This document shows positions 1 to 8,639 of a stretch of 64,000 bases of DNA, piece by piece. The translations under genes and the position numbers were made by a program. The notes beneath the pieces are model-generated. The model was not told the DNA's origin, made no database searches, and saw only the letters and a program-made list of their open reading frames with translations. The DNA lies in the NCBI GenBank assembly GCA_964460615.1, contig CAYWPX010000002.1:135220-199219 (forward strand), in the 5' to 3' direction. Every line of letters begins with the position of its first letter. Within the stretch, counting starts at the first letter, position 1. The stretch comes from an uncultured Planctomycetia bacterium (GTDB taxonomy: Bacteria > Omnitrophota > Gorgyraeia > CAYWPX01).

Positions 1-1379
1 ACTATAATAACCTTATTGTTATTGACCACATACTCTACATCCTTTTTAAATAAAACATACGCTTTTAATAACTGCCTTAAATTATCCAGCCTTCGATTCT
101 TTTTTTCGAAATCATCGATAAGTTTTTGCTCTTTTTCGAGTTTTTCATCAAGAGAAAGGTTTTCATCTTTTTTTATCAGCGCAAGCGCCTCATCTATGTC
201 CCCGATGTCGAACTGACCATGATAATATTTTGAGACTTCGTCCTGGCCTTTGGAGGTAAATGTCGCTTCATGCCCGCGCTCGTCAAAAACATAAAAAAGC
301 TCTTCTTCTAAAGAAAGTTTCTCGGAAGCAAGATCTTTTCTATTGTAATAAAGAGTCACCTCTTCGAGGGACCTTTTCATTTTCGGCTCATCCGATAAAA
401 ATTTTATGAATCTCTTATTTTTCGGAGAACCTTTATGGATAATATATAGGTTCTTTGATATAGCATCGTTATCGTCTTTTTTGAAAGCCTCTTCCAGTTT
501 ATCCATCATGCTATTGATAAAAAATTCCTGTTTTTTATAGAGGTTCTCTACGACTGATTTTATCTCACTGTAATAATTTATAGATTCTTCAACCGGTCCT
601 GATATGATTAGCGGTGTCCTTGCCTCATCTATCAGAATACTGTCTACTTCATCAACTATGGCAAAATTAAAAGGCCTCTGCACAAGGTCTTCTTTGTCAA
701 ATTTCATATTATCCCTGAGATAGTCAAAACCAAATTCATTATTGGTGCCATAGGTTATATCCGAGTTATAGGCCAGCTTTCTCTCTTCATCGTCCATCTC
801 ATGCTGTATTACCCCAACCGACAAACCTAAAGATTCATATACCGGCCCCATCCAAAATCTATCACGCTTGGCGAGATAATCATTTACCGTCACAACATGC
901 ACGCCTTCCCCCGAAAGTGCATTGAGATAAGCCGGAAGGGTTGCTACAAGGGTTTTACCTTCTCCGGTGGTCATCTCGGCAATTTTACCCAGATGCAAAA
1001 CCATACCACCCAATATCTGCACATCAAAATGCCTCATTTTTATTACGCGTTTTGAAGCCTCCCTTACGGCTGCAAATGCTTCTGGGAGAACCTCCTCAAG
1101 AATATCATTTTTGATGGCTTTTATTTTTTCTTTGACCTTTTCTTTCTCTTCCGGAGAACTCACCTCGACAAATTCCTTTTTAAGCTCATCAAGCTCTGTC
1201 TTGTAAGCAGCCTCCTTAAACTTAATCCTTTTTTTAAATTCATCTGTCTTTGACTTAAGCTCTTCATCCGAAAGCTTTACAAAACTCTCTTCGAGTTTAT
1301 TTATCTTATCAAGATTGGGCTTAAGCTTTTTTAAAAGAATATCGCTTTGTGAACTGAAAATTTTTAAAAAATTAAACAC
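1..1379 (-). CDS. secA: Preprotein translocase ATPase SecA, N-terminal ~459 codons. The gene continues beyond the window start.
   Basis: Reverse-strand translation from GTG at 1379-1377 reads [19 protein letters not shown]...[59 protein letters not shown]...[23 protein letters not shown]. These are the canonical SecA N-terminus and DEAD-like motor motifs. The frame is open to position 1. It is absent from the ORF track because it is truncated. Confidence 0.9.
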   Translation of the reverse strand, partial: MFNFLKIFSSQSDILLKKLKPNLDKINKLEESFVKLSDEELKSKTDEFKKRIKFKEAAYKTELDELKKEFVEVSSPEEKEKVKEKIKAIKNDILEEVLPEAFAAVREASKRVIKMRHFDVQILGGMVLHLGKIAEMTTGEGKTLVATLPAYLNALSGEGVHVVTVNDYLAKRDRFWMGPVYESLGLSVGVIQHEMDDEERKLAYNSDITYGTNNEFGFDYLRDNMKFDKEDLVQRPFNFAIVDEVDSILIDEARTPLIISGPVEESINYYSEIKSVVENLYKKQEFFINSMMDKLEEAFKKDDNDAISKNLYIIHKGSPKNKRFIKFLSDEPKMKRSLEEVTLYYNRKDLASEKLSLEEELFYVFDERGHEATFTSKGQDEVSKYYHGQFDIGDIDEALALIKKDENLSLDEKLEKEQKLIDDFEKKNRRLDNLRQLLKAYVLFKKDVEYVVNNNKVII

Positions 1380-1422
1380 GGTAATTATCCCTTTCTAAAA
1401 TCTATTTATTTACTTGCTTCTG

Positions 1423-1474
1423 GCTTCAAGCCTCATGCTAATAAATATTTAGCTTGCAGCCTGGAGCATGAAGC
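1423..1474. repeat. GC-rich palindromic intergenic element, copy R1 (GCTTCAAGCC ... GCTTGCAGCCTGGAGC ATGAAGC).
   Basis: Read directly. Shares the 10-mer GCTTCAAGCC and the 16/17-mer GCTTGCAGCCTG[G/A]AGC with copy R2. Confidence 0.55.
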
Positions 1475-1478
1475 AATC

Positions 1479-2574
1479 TTATTTTTTCGCCGTCATCTTC
1501 AAATAACTTTCCAAAAATTCGTTTATATCGCCGTTCATAACTGCGGTGCCATTGGATGTTTCAAAACCCGTCCTGTGGTCTTTTACAAGAGTATACGGCT
1601 GGAAAACATAACTCCTTATCTGGCTGCCCCAGGCGATCTCTGACTTTTCCTGATAACCTTTGGAAAGCTCGTCTTTTCTTTTTGCCATCTCTTTTTCGTA
1701 TAATTTTGAACGCAAGATCTTAAGGGCGGTGGCCTTGTTCTTGCCCTGCGACCTTTCGTTCTGGCATTGCACAACTATATTCGTAGGCACATGTGTTATC
1801 CTAACCGCCGAATCGGTAACATTTACATGCTGTCCTCCTGCCCCGCTTGAGCGATAGGTGTCGACCCTCAGGTCGGATTCTTTTATATCTATCTTTATCT
1901 CATCGTCAATTTCCGGCAATACATCAACCGAAGCAAACGACGTATGGCGGCGCTTATTGGCATCGAACGGAGATATCCTTACAAGCCTATGGACACCGAT
2001 CTCTGATTTTAAATATCCATAAGCAAAATCACCTTTAATCATAATGGTGATATTCTTTATTCCAGCATCTTCGCCAAGCAGAATATCGGTAGTATCAATT
2101 TTATAGCCGTTACTCTCCGCCCACTTTGCGTACATCCTGGCGAGCATTGCCACCCAGTCGCAGGATTCTGTGCCGCCTGCCCCGGCATTGATGGACATGA
2201 TGGCATTACATCTATCTTCGGGTTTATTGAGAATGCTTTTAAACTCTAGATCCAGAATTTTTTTTGTTAATAAGGAAAATTCTTCCCGAAGGTGGCTTAT
2301 GGAATTATTGTCAGACTCATCGACTATACCAGCCAGCTCTTTTATTTCATTAAATTTATCTATAAGTTCGGTATAAAGATTTGTCTGGCTTTTAAGATAC
2401 TTTAGATCAGACAGGACCTTATCCTTATCAGCGCCTTTCCAAAAATCCTCTTTATTGATTTCTAGCTCTAGATCTTTTATCCTCTCAAGATTTTTATCGT
2501 AGTCAAAGATAACCTCTAACTTCTTTGAATTTATTCTCAATATCTCTTATATTGTCATTCAACTCTTTAAGCAT
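1479..2574 (-). CDS. prfB: Peptide chain release factor 2 with a programmed +1 ribosomal frameshift. ORF0 runs from ATG 2574-2572 to CTT 2508-2506. ORF1 runs from GAC 2504-2502 to stop 1479.
   Basis: The track ORF 1479..2540 starts at TTG and carries the SGAGGQHVN GGQ motif and the RF2 family body. Upstream in the -1-relative frame an ATG opens MLKELNDNIRDIENKFKEVRGYL, followed by in-frame TGA. The site is AGAGGT TAT CTT TGA C, the textbook RF2 autoregulatory shift site (SD-like element, CUU UGA C). The frameshifted product is about 364 aa, against 365 aa for E. coli RF2. Confidence 0.9.
2502..2514 (-). promoter_or_regulatory. prfB +1 frameshift site: SD-like AGAGGT plus slippery CTT followed by UGA C.
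   Basis: Reverse complement of 2496-2520 reads ...GAAGTTAGAGGTTATCTTTGACTAC... Confidence 0.85.
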
Positions 2575-2582
2575 ATTATCTC

Positions 2583-3188
2583 CTAATTAAGATTCCACCA
2601 ACTATCTGGACTGCTAAGCCCGTGCTGGCCAGCTCCTGACCCCCAAATTTCCTCATAAGAGCACCATTTCATGTGGCCACCAACAAAAAGATAATTATCT
2701 CCATCCTGATGTCTTTTCGCCGGAACAAGATTTATGCTTCCGCAAATAGACCAATATTTAAAACCTCCAAAGACTGTGCTATCGCTAAATAATATAGTTT
2801 CGGATGGCTTGGCGATATTTTTTATAGCAACATTACCTGAGCCTATAAAATTATTGTACGCAAACGGTAAATTTATAAACCCTGTTGCTATATATCCATT
2901 TGCAGGCTGCTTAGGACAATACCATATTTTTGTATCATCAATATATCTATTTACTCTGGCCTGCCAGTAAACCCCTCCGGAAAAATAACCCGGGAACACA
3001 TCATTGTTTTCTTCCAGATACATGAGCATCGCCATACCAAGCTGCCTAAGGTTATTTGCACACTGAGCTCTTTTGGCTAATTCTCTACCGGAACGCATGG
3101 TCGGCAGAAGTATAGCCATCAAAACACCAGCTATAATAATAACAACAAGAAGCTCTATAAGGGTAAATCCTAAAATTTTTCTTTTCAT
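2583..3188 (-). CDS. Prepilin-type N-terminal cleavage/methylation domain protein with C-terminal H-X9-DG (DUF1559-like) domain, paralog 1.
   Basis: MKRKILG|[22 protein letters not shown]...[27 protein letters not shown]...[16 protein letters not shown]. The start was moved to internal ATG (M12 of the track ORF) to give a typical short pilin-type leader. Confidence 0.8.
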   Translation of the reverse strand: MKRKILGFTLIELLVVIIIAGVLMAILLPTMRSGRELAKRAQCANNLRQLGMAMLMYLEENNDVFPGYFSGGVYWQARVNRYIDDTKIWYCPKQPANGYIATGFINLPFAYNNFIGSGNVAIKNIAKPSETILFSDSTVFGGFKYWSICGSINLVPAKRHQDGDNYLFVGGHMKWCSYEEIWGSGAGQHGLSSPDSWWNLN

Positions 3189-3202
3189 AATAGGGGCTAA
3201 CT

Positions 3203-3862
3203 CTAATTCAAATCCCACCAATAATCAGCACTTCCCCAACCATGCTGCCCGATACCAGAGCCCCAGGCCTCTTCATATGAACACCACTTTATATGGCCGT
3301 CAACAAACAAATAATTGTCTCCCCCGCTATGCCTTTTTTGGGGAACAGTATTGCTATACCCACCTACATAATAATTTTTCGCACCCCAGGGCGGGTCTAA
3401 CTGCGTAGCATCCAATAGCAAGATAGTAAATGAAGGCTGTTTTATTATTACAAGTCTTTTTTCTGAAATAGTATAATTATATGCATAGGTAACAGGATAA
3501 GCATTTGTATTTAAATCCGTCAGCGGAACTCCCGTAAAAACCGGTGAATATGTAAAATTACCCTGTTTAGGGCATTGCCATATCTTTGGGTCACCTATGT
3601 ATTTGTTTACAGCATATTGCCAATATCGCCAGCTCGTGCCCGTCCATAATCTATCTTTAGGAAATACGTCGTTATTATCTTCCAGATATACCAAAAAAGC
3701 TAAACCTATCTGCCTTATATTATTTGCACACTGCGTTTTTTTACCAGCTTCCAATCCTTTCCCAAGGGCGCCAAAGACCATACCGGTAAGCACCCCTATT
3801 ATTGCTATTGCCACAAGGATCTCTATTAAACTGAACCCTCTATTGTCCAAATTTAACTTCAA
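3203..3862 (-). CDS. Prepilin-type N-terminal / H-X9-DG domain protein, paralog 2. It is in tandem with paralog 1.
   Basis: MKLNLDNRG|[16 protein letters not shown]...[26 protein letters not shown]...[27 protein letters not shown]. Confidence 0.8.
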   Translation of the reverse strand: MKLNLDNRGFSLIEILVAIAIIGVLTGMVFGALGKGLEAGKKTQCANNIRQIGLAFLVYLEDNNDVFPKDRLWTGTSWRYWQYAVNKYIGDPKIWQCPKQGNFTYSPVFTGVPLTDLNTNAYPVTYAYNYTISEKRLVIIKQPSFTILLLDATQLDPPWGAKNYYVGGYSNTVPQKRHSGGDNYLFVDGHIKWCSYEEAWGSGIGQHGWGSADYWWDLN

Positions 3863-3924
3863 AATATTGCTCCATTGGATTTATTCCAAATTTATCAATA
3901 AAATTCTTCTTCTCCTTATTTATT

Positions 3925-4242
3925 TTACAACTTAACGCCCTCTCGAACAAGCAATTTCTTTTTGATAGAGACACCTTTGGCAAAACCGCCTAGCTTACCA
4001 TTTTTCCTTATTATCCGGTGGCAAGGGACTATTACCGGATAAGGATTTTTATTAAGCGCATTACCAACTGCCCTGGAAGAGCGAGGGCTTTTAATCTCTC
4101 TAGCCACCCATTCATAGGTCCGTGTTTGACCTTTGGGGATTTTCAATATAGCCTTGTATACCTTTTTTTCAAATTCGGTAAAGCCTTCAAGCTTTTTAAT
4201 TTTTATTAAAATATTCTTTGATCTTTTCTGCTGTCTTTTCAT
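3925..4242 (-). CDS. Methylated-DNA-protein-cysteine methyltransferase family protein (MGMT/Ogt DNA-binding and active-site domain only). It overlaps the uvrC 3' end by 47 nt.
   Basis: RTYEWVAREIKSPRSSRAVGNALNKNPYPVIVPCHRIIRKNGKLGGFA contains the PCHR active-site motif. The protein is 105 aa, so there is no N-terminal Ada/Ogt domain. Confidence 0.7.
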   Translation of the reverse strand: MKRQQKRSKNILIKIKKLEGFTEFEKKVYKAILKIPKGQTRTYEWVAREIKSPRSSRAVGNALNKNPYPVIVPCHRIIRKNGKLGGFAKGVSIKKKLLVREGVKL

Positions 4243-5596
4243 CTATGCCTTTAACATTTTTTAGCTCAGCTATTGTTGCGTTTTTGATCTTTTGTATATT
4301 CCCAAAGTGCCTCAATAAAATCCTTTTCCGTAAAGTCCCGACCCCTTCTACGTTATCCAGGTCTGAAAAAGTCAAAGATTTGTTCCTGAGTATCTTGTGA
4401 TATCCTATTGCAAACCTATGCGCTTCGTCCCTTATATACTGCAACAGCTTAAGAGCCGGCGTTCCTGGCCTTAATACAACTCCTCTTGTCTTATCAGGGA
4501 AAAATATCGTTTCAAATTCCTTCGCGAGGCCGATAATAGGAACTCCCGAAAATCCAAGCTTATCCAGCTCCTCTTTTGCCGCCGTTAGATGGCCTTTCCC
4601 GCCGTCTATAACTACAAGATCGGGTATATTTAAATTCTCTTCTTTTATGTTCTCAAAATGCCGTCTTGTTATTTCGCGCATCATAGCATAGTCATCTATA
4701 CCAAAAAATGTTTTTATCTTGAACCTGCGGTAGCCATCCGGATATGGAAAGCCGTTTTTAAATGCCACCTTCGATCCTACTGCAAATTTACCCATTATAT
4801 TCGATACATCAAATGCTTCGATATATTGGGGAGGTTTTTTTAATCCGAGAATAACTTTCAGATTTTCCACCTGATCATAACTAGAAAATCCGCCCTGCTC
4901 CTTCAGGCTGGTAAGCGCCCGGATCCTGTCGCGCAATTTGGCAGCAGCCTCGTAATCCTTTTTTAAGGATGCGCCGGTCATTTTTTTTGTAAGCTCCTTT
5001 ATTAGATCATCTTTTTTACCGCTTAAAAATAGCTCCAGCTCTCTGATAGACTCCCTATATTCATCTTCTTGGATATTTTTTATGCACGGAGCGCTGCAGT
5101 AACCAAGATGATGATTAAGGCAAACCTTATTTGGTAATTTTTTACAGGTCCTCAGCCTGAACAATTTTCTTAATATACCGACCGATTCTTTAAGAAGACC
5201 TGCCTCGGTGTATGGGCCAAAATACTTGGCGCCGTCAGGCTTGCGTTTTCTGGTTATTGTAAGAGTGGCGAATTTTTCATTTACCGAGAGCCTGAGCATA
5301 GGATAAGCCTTGTCATCTTTAAGCTCAATATTATATTTAGGCTTATGCTCTTTGATCAAAGCCGCCTCCAATAAAAGCGCCTCTGCTTCACTGGGAGTCT
5401 TGATAAAATTTATATCTTTGATTTTGGAAACCAGAAGGCCCGTTTTCGGGGATTTAGCGACTGACTGAAAATAACTCTTAACGCGTTTCTTTAACGATAC
5501 TGCCTTGCCGATATAGATAATGGCACCCGTTCGATCTTTCATCAGATAGACTCCGGGCAGGTCAGGGAACTTATTTATTTTTTTCTTGATATCCAT
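4196..5596 (-). CDS. uvrC: Excinuclease ABC subunit C, a compact form of 466 aa.
   Basis: N-terminal GIY-YIG (GVYLMKDRTGAIIYIGKA...KKRVKSYF). UVR-like segment (KKDYEAAAKLRDRIRAL). RNase-H-like region (VIDGGKGHL...IIGLAKEFE). C-terminal HhH pair (NVEGVGTLRKRILLRHFGNIQKIKNATIAELKNVKGIDEKTAEKI). Confidence 0.8.
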   Translation of the reverse strand: MDIKKKINKFPDLPGVYLMKDRTGAIIYIGKAVSLKKRVKSYFQSVAKSPKTGLLVSKIKDINFIKTPSEAEALLLEAALIKEHKPKYNIELKDDKAYPMLRLSVNEKFATLTITRKRKPDGAKYFGPYTEAGLLKESVGILRKLFRLRTCKKLPNKVCLNHHLGYCSAPCIKNIQEDEYRESIRELELFLSGKKDDLIKELTKKMTGASLKKDYEAAAKLRDRIRALTSLKEQGGFSSYDQVENLKVILGLKKPPQYIEAFDVSNIMGKFAVGSKVAFKNGFPYPDGYRRFKIKTFFGIDDYAMMREITRRHFENIKEENLNIPDLVVIDGGKGHLTAAKEELDKLGFSGVPIIGLAKEFETIFFPDKTRGVVLRPGTPALKLLQYIRDEAHRFAIGYHKILRNKSLTFSDLDNVEGVGTLRKRILLRHFGNIQKIKNATIAELKNVKGIDEKTAEKIKEYFNKN

Positions 5597-7131
5597 TTAA
5601 GCCCTACCTTTATATCTTCGACCTTAAAAATGTATACCGCGGAAAATACAAAAATAATTATCCCGAGGATAATCAAGAAAAAGATCATAGCTAAAGACTC
5701 TTTTGAATGTTCCCAAGAGAACGAATTTGAAATTACCAATAAGACAATTCCCATTATCATCGAGGAGCCTGTGACTTTCATAAATACTTCTACGATCTTT
5801 CTCCCACCCAATAGGCCGATCTTTTTTTTAAGCATCACAAAAAGCAGGAAGAAATTTGCTATCCCCGATAAGCTGGAGGCAAGCGCTAATCCGCCCAGCT
5901 TCATGGGAAACATAAGTATAAGGCTTGCTACAATATTTATAATAAGCGAATAAAATGCAACTTTTGCCGGGGTCATCGTATCATGCAAGGAATAGAACGC
6001 CGAGACAAGCACTTTTGCCGCCGAATAAAAGACCAGGCCGAAAGAATAATAAAAAAGCGCGAGGCTGGTTATGTCTGTCGAGTATTCCGTAAAACTTCCT
6101 GTCTCAAAAAGCGCTTTTACTATGGGTTTACTCAATACCATAAATCCTACCGCTGACGGAAGCATTACCAAAAGAGTCATTCTGATAGAAAAAGATATGG
6201 TCTCTTTTAATTTTTCATGATCACTTAGAGCCGCATGCGTGGAAAGTGTCGGCAAAGCCGCTTGAGCTATTGAAAACCCGAATATAGCCTGCGGAAACTG
6301 AAAAAGCCTGTTTGCATAATAAAGCGCTGAAACCGCTCCGCCGCCGACTATCCACGATAGTGAAGCCAAAACAGTGTTAATAAGCACGCTTATCTGGTAA
6401 ACTGCGCTTCCAAAGATCCTGGGCATTGTAAGCATGCCGATCTTTTTCACTGCCGGGTGAGAAAAATTAAAATCGATCTTTGCCCTCATCCCGCTTTTAT
6501 AAAGCATGGGTATCTGGATAAAAAGCTGTATCACCCCGCCGGCCAAAACCCCTATAGCAAGCCCCATTACACCGATATGAGGGCAAAAGACCAGCGCAGC
6601 TATAATTATCACTATATTTAGCACCGCCGGCCCGAGAGACGGGAGAGCAAAATGCTTGAGGCTGTTCAAAACTCCCATCGCATACGCCCAAAGCCCGACT
6701 AAAAGTATAAAGGGGAACATTACTCTGGTAAGTTTGATTGTTAAGGCTATCTTTTCCGGATCTTTTGTAAAACCAAAACCTATTATTTTGACTATCTGTG
6801 GCGCAAATATGATTCCGACGATTGTAATGGCCATAAGAAACACGAGTGTGATATTTAAAAGAATATTTACAACTTTCCAGTACTCTTCTTTATCTTTTTT
6901 TACTAAATAATCGGTAAGCACGGGCACAATAGCTGAATTCGTTGCCCCTTCACCCACCAAGTCTCTAAGAAGATTCGGGATCCTGAAGGCCACTACAAAA
7001 GCATCCGCAAACAAGGTTGTGCCGAACAACCTTGCAATGATTATGTCCCTTACGAAGCCTACTATTCTTGATGTAAGCGTAGTTAGCCCTATAACCGATG
7101 ATGCTTTTATTAGATGTTTTTTTGTAGTCAT
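5575..7131 (-). CDS. murJ: Lipid II flippase MurJ/MviN.
   Basis: 518 aa, about 14 TM segments. N-terminus SRIVGFVRDIIIARLFGTTLFADAFVVAFRIPNLLRDLVGEGA is typical of MurJ. Confidence 0.85.
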   Translation of the reverse strand: MTTKKHLIKASSVIGLTTLTSRIVGFVRDIIIARLFGTTLFADAFVVAFRIPNLLRDLVGEGATNSAIVPVLTDYLVKKDKEEYWKVVNILLNITLVFLMAITIVGIIFAPQIVKIIGFGFTKDPEKIALTIKLTRVMFPFILLVGLWAYAMGVLNSLKHFALPSLGPAVLNIVIIIAALVFCPHIGVMGLAIGVLAGGVIQLFIQIPMLYKSGMRAKIDFNFSHPAVKKIGMLTMPRIFGSAVYQISVLINTVLASLSWIVGGGAVSALYYANRLFQFPQAIFGFSIAQAALPTLSTHAALSDHEKLKETISFSIRMTLLVMLPSAVGFMVLSKPIVKALFETGSFTEYSTDITSLALFYYSFGLVFYSAAKVLVSAFYSLHDTMTPAKVAFYSLIINIVASLILMFPMKLGGLALASSLSGIANFFLLFVMLKKKIGLLGGRKIVEVFMKVTGSSMIMGIVLLVISNSFSWEHSKESLAMIFFLIILGIIIFVFSAVYIFKVEDIKVGLKWISRKK

Positions 7132-7140
7132 ATAACCCCT

Positions 7141-7204
7141 GCTTCAAGCCACAAGCTCCAAGCCTCAGATAAAAACCAAAGGCTTGCAGCCTGAAGCTCG
7201 TGGC
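7141..7204. repeat. GC-rich palindromic intergenic element, copy R2 (GCTTCAAGCC ... GGCTTGCAGCCTGAAGCTCGTGGC), in the murJ/rpsT divergent region.
   Basis: Read directly. Related shorter palindromes at 40313-40345 (TGCTTGAAGCGGGCTGCTTCAAGCAGCC) and 41572-41604 (GCTTGCCTTGCAAGCAGGCTTGTGGC). Confidence 0.55.
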
Positions 7205-7288
7205 ATATAGCTTAAAGTTTCTTTTAACATTTATATTGACAAAAAAGAGGCTTTTTTGTATATTAATCTAAACTTATAAAGAAAGGAT

Positions 7289-7558
7289 GTGAACAAATTG
7301 TCCAGAAAACGCGCTGCTTCTAAAGCTATCAGAGCTGACAAAAAAAGAAAATTACGCAATAAATCCACTATTTCTGAAATAAAAACTGTGCTAAAGGATG
7401 TAAAGTCGGTTATTGACTCCAAAGATAAGGAAAAAATCGCCTCTAGCCTCAAAAAAGCTATTTCTAAAATAGATAAAGCCAAAAATAAGGGTATTCTACA
7501 TAGAAAAACTGCATCCAGATGGATCTCAAGGCTTTCCAAAAAAGCAACGAATCTTTAA
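7289..7558 (+). CDS. rpsT: 30S ribosomal protein S20.
   Basis: Basic 89-aa protein, (V)NKLSRKRAASKAIRADKKRKLRNKS...KGILHRKTASR. GTG start with AAAGGA SD at 7282-7287. Divergent from murJ. Its 3' end overlaps the holA stop by 4 nt (convergent). Confidence 0.85.
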   Translation: MNKLSRKRAASKAIRADKKRKLRNKSTISEIKTVLKDVKSVIDSKDKEKIASSLKKAISKIDKAKNKGILHRKTASRWISRLSKKATNL

Positions 7559-8550
7559 GCTCTCGCATTAGATAATTCGGAAATCATAATTTCAAGAAAA
7601 TCCTTTGCGTCTATAGTACCTGTTTTCAGGCTGCTGTCTGCCTTCACAAGGGCTATCAGCATCTTTTTTAACTGGCCCGGCGCAAAGGAATTTGCTTCGT
7701 CAACCAGCTTCCTTGCAATAAACTCATGTATGTGCAATTCTCTGGCTATTGCACCGGGCAATAGCCCCATTTTAACCAATTCTTTTATTTTTATAAGCCG
7801 CTTAAGCTGCCAACCTACAAGCCCGACAAGCTCCGGAAGCCTTTTCCTGTCGCTATACAATTCTAAACCTATTTTGAGCGCCGAATCAAATTTTTTTCTG
7901 GCTAAAAAGTCCACCATATCAAATGCTGTTTCCTGAAGAGACTTAAGCACTACCTCATCGATATCTTTTTTTGTAATAACATTCCTTTTACCGCAATAAG
8001 AAGAGAGCTTGTCAAGCTCGTTTGATATCAATTCGAGGTCATTGGGTATGACCGATAGTATCTGTTGAAGGGCATCGCCACTTAGTTTCTTACCGTTTTC
8101 GGCAAGGCGCTTTATTATCCAGCCGGAAAGCTCTTTTTTTGATAATTTATCGAATTCAAAGGTTTTTGCGCTTTTTTTCAGGCTCTCTATAAAATTATCA
8201 CGGCCATGAATGCTGGTCTCGAAAATTATATAGCAGGTATCTGACGGTTTTTTTAAATAATTGAGGACTATCTCCCTCTCGTTCGGCGGGAGCTTATCAA
8301 CGTCTCTAGCTATTATAAGCCTGTTTTTGGAAATAAACGGGAGCGTTGTTGCAAAATCTATTATTCGGCTGGCACTTAGGTCATCTGCTTCGAGGATCTC
8401 TAAATTGAGGCCTGATTTATCATCTGAAAGGATCTTTGCCCGGGCCCTTCTTTCAAAATCTCTTTTGAGGTATTCTTCTTTTCCGAGAAGAAGGAAAATT
8501 TTATTTGTCTTTGTTCCATTTTCGCTTTTGAGGTCTGTCACAACGAACAC
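7555..8550 (-). CDS. holA: DNA polymerase III delta subunit.
   Basis: 331 aa. IFLLLGKEEYL N-terminus and overall delta-subunit (HolA) helical C-terminal pattern. Confidence 0.6.
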   Translation of the reverse strand: MFVVTDLKSENGTKTNKIFLLLGKEEYLKRDFERRARAKILSDDKSGLNLEILEADDLSASRIIDFATTLPFISKNRLIIARDVDKLPPNEREIVLNYLKKPSDTCYIIFETSIHGRDNFIESLKKSAKTFEFDKLSKKELSGWIIKRLAENGKKLSGDALQQILSVIPNDLELISNELDKLSSYCGKRNVITKKDIDEVVLKSLQETAFDMVDFLARKKFDSALKIGLELYSDRKRLPELVGLVGWQLKRLIKIKELVKMGLLPGAIARELHIHEFIARKLVDEANSFAPGQLKKMLIALVKADSSLKTGTIDAKDFLEIMISELSNARA

Positions 8551-8639
8551 CAGGGTAGAATTTAAAATTTTAAAATATTATTTTCCGCCGATTTATGCGA
8601 CGAAGATGTTAAATATTCGGCATTATTGATTTTATTTGA

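Noticed and set aside
16-1206. Plus-strand ORFs 16-216 and 967-1206.
   Set aside because: They are antisense to secA and have low-complexity translations.
2538-2540. TTG start proposed by the ORF track for prfB.
   Set aside because: It is replaced by the upstream ATG ORF0 plus the +1 frameshift at CTT TGA C, which restores the conserved RF2 N-terminus.
7231-7539. 102-aa ORF antisense to rpsT.
   Set aside because: It overlaps the well-supported S20 gene on the opposite strand and has a low-complexity translation.
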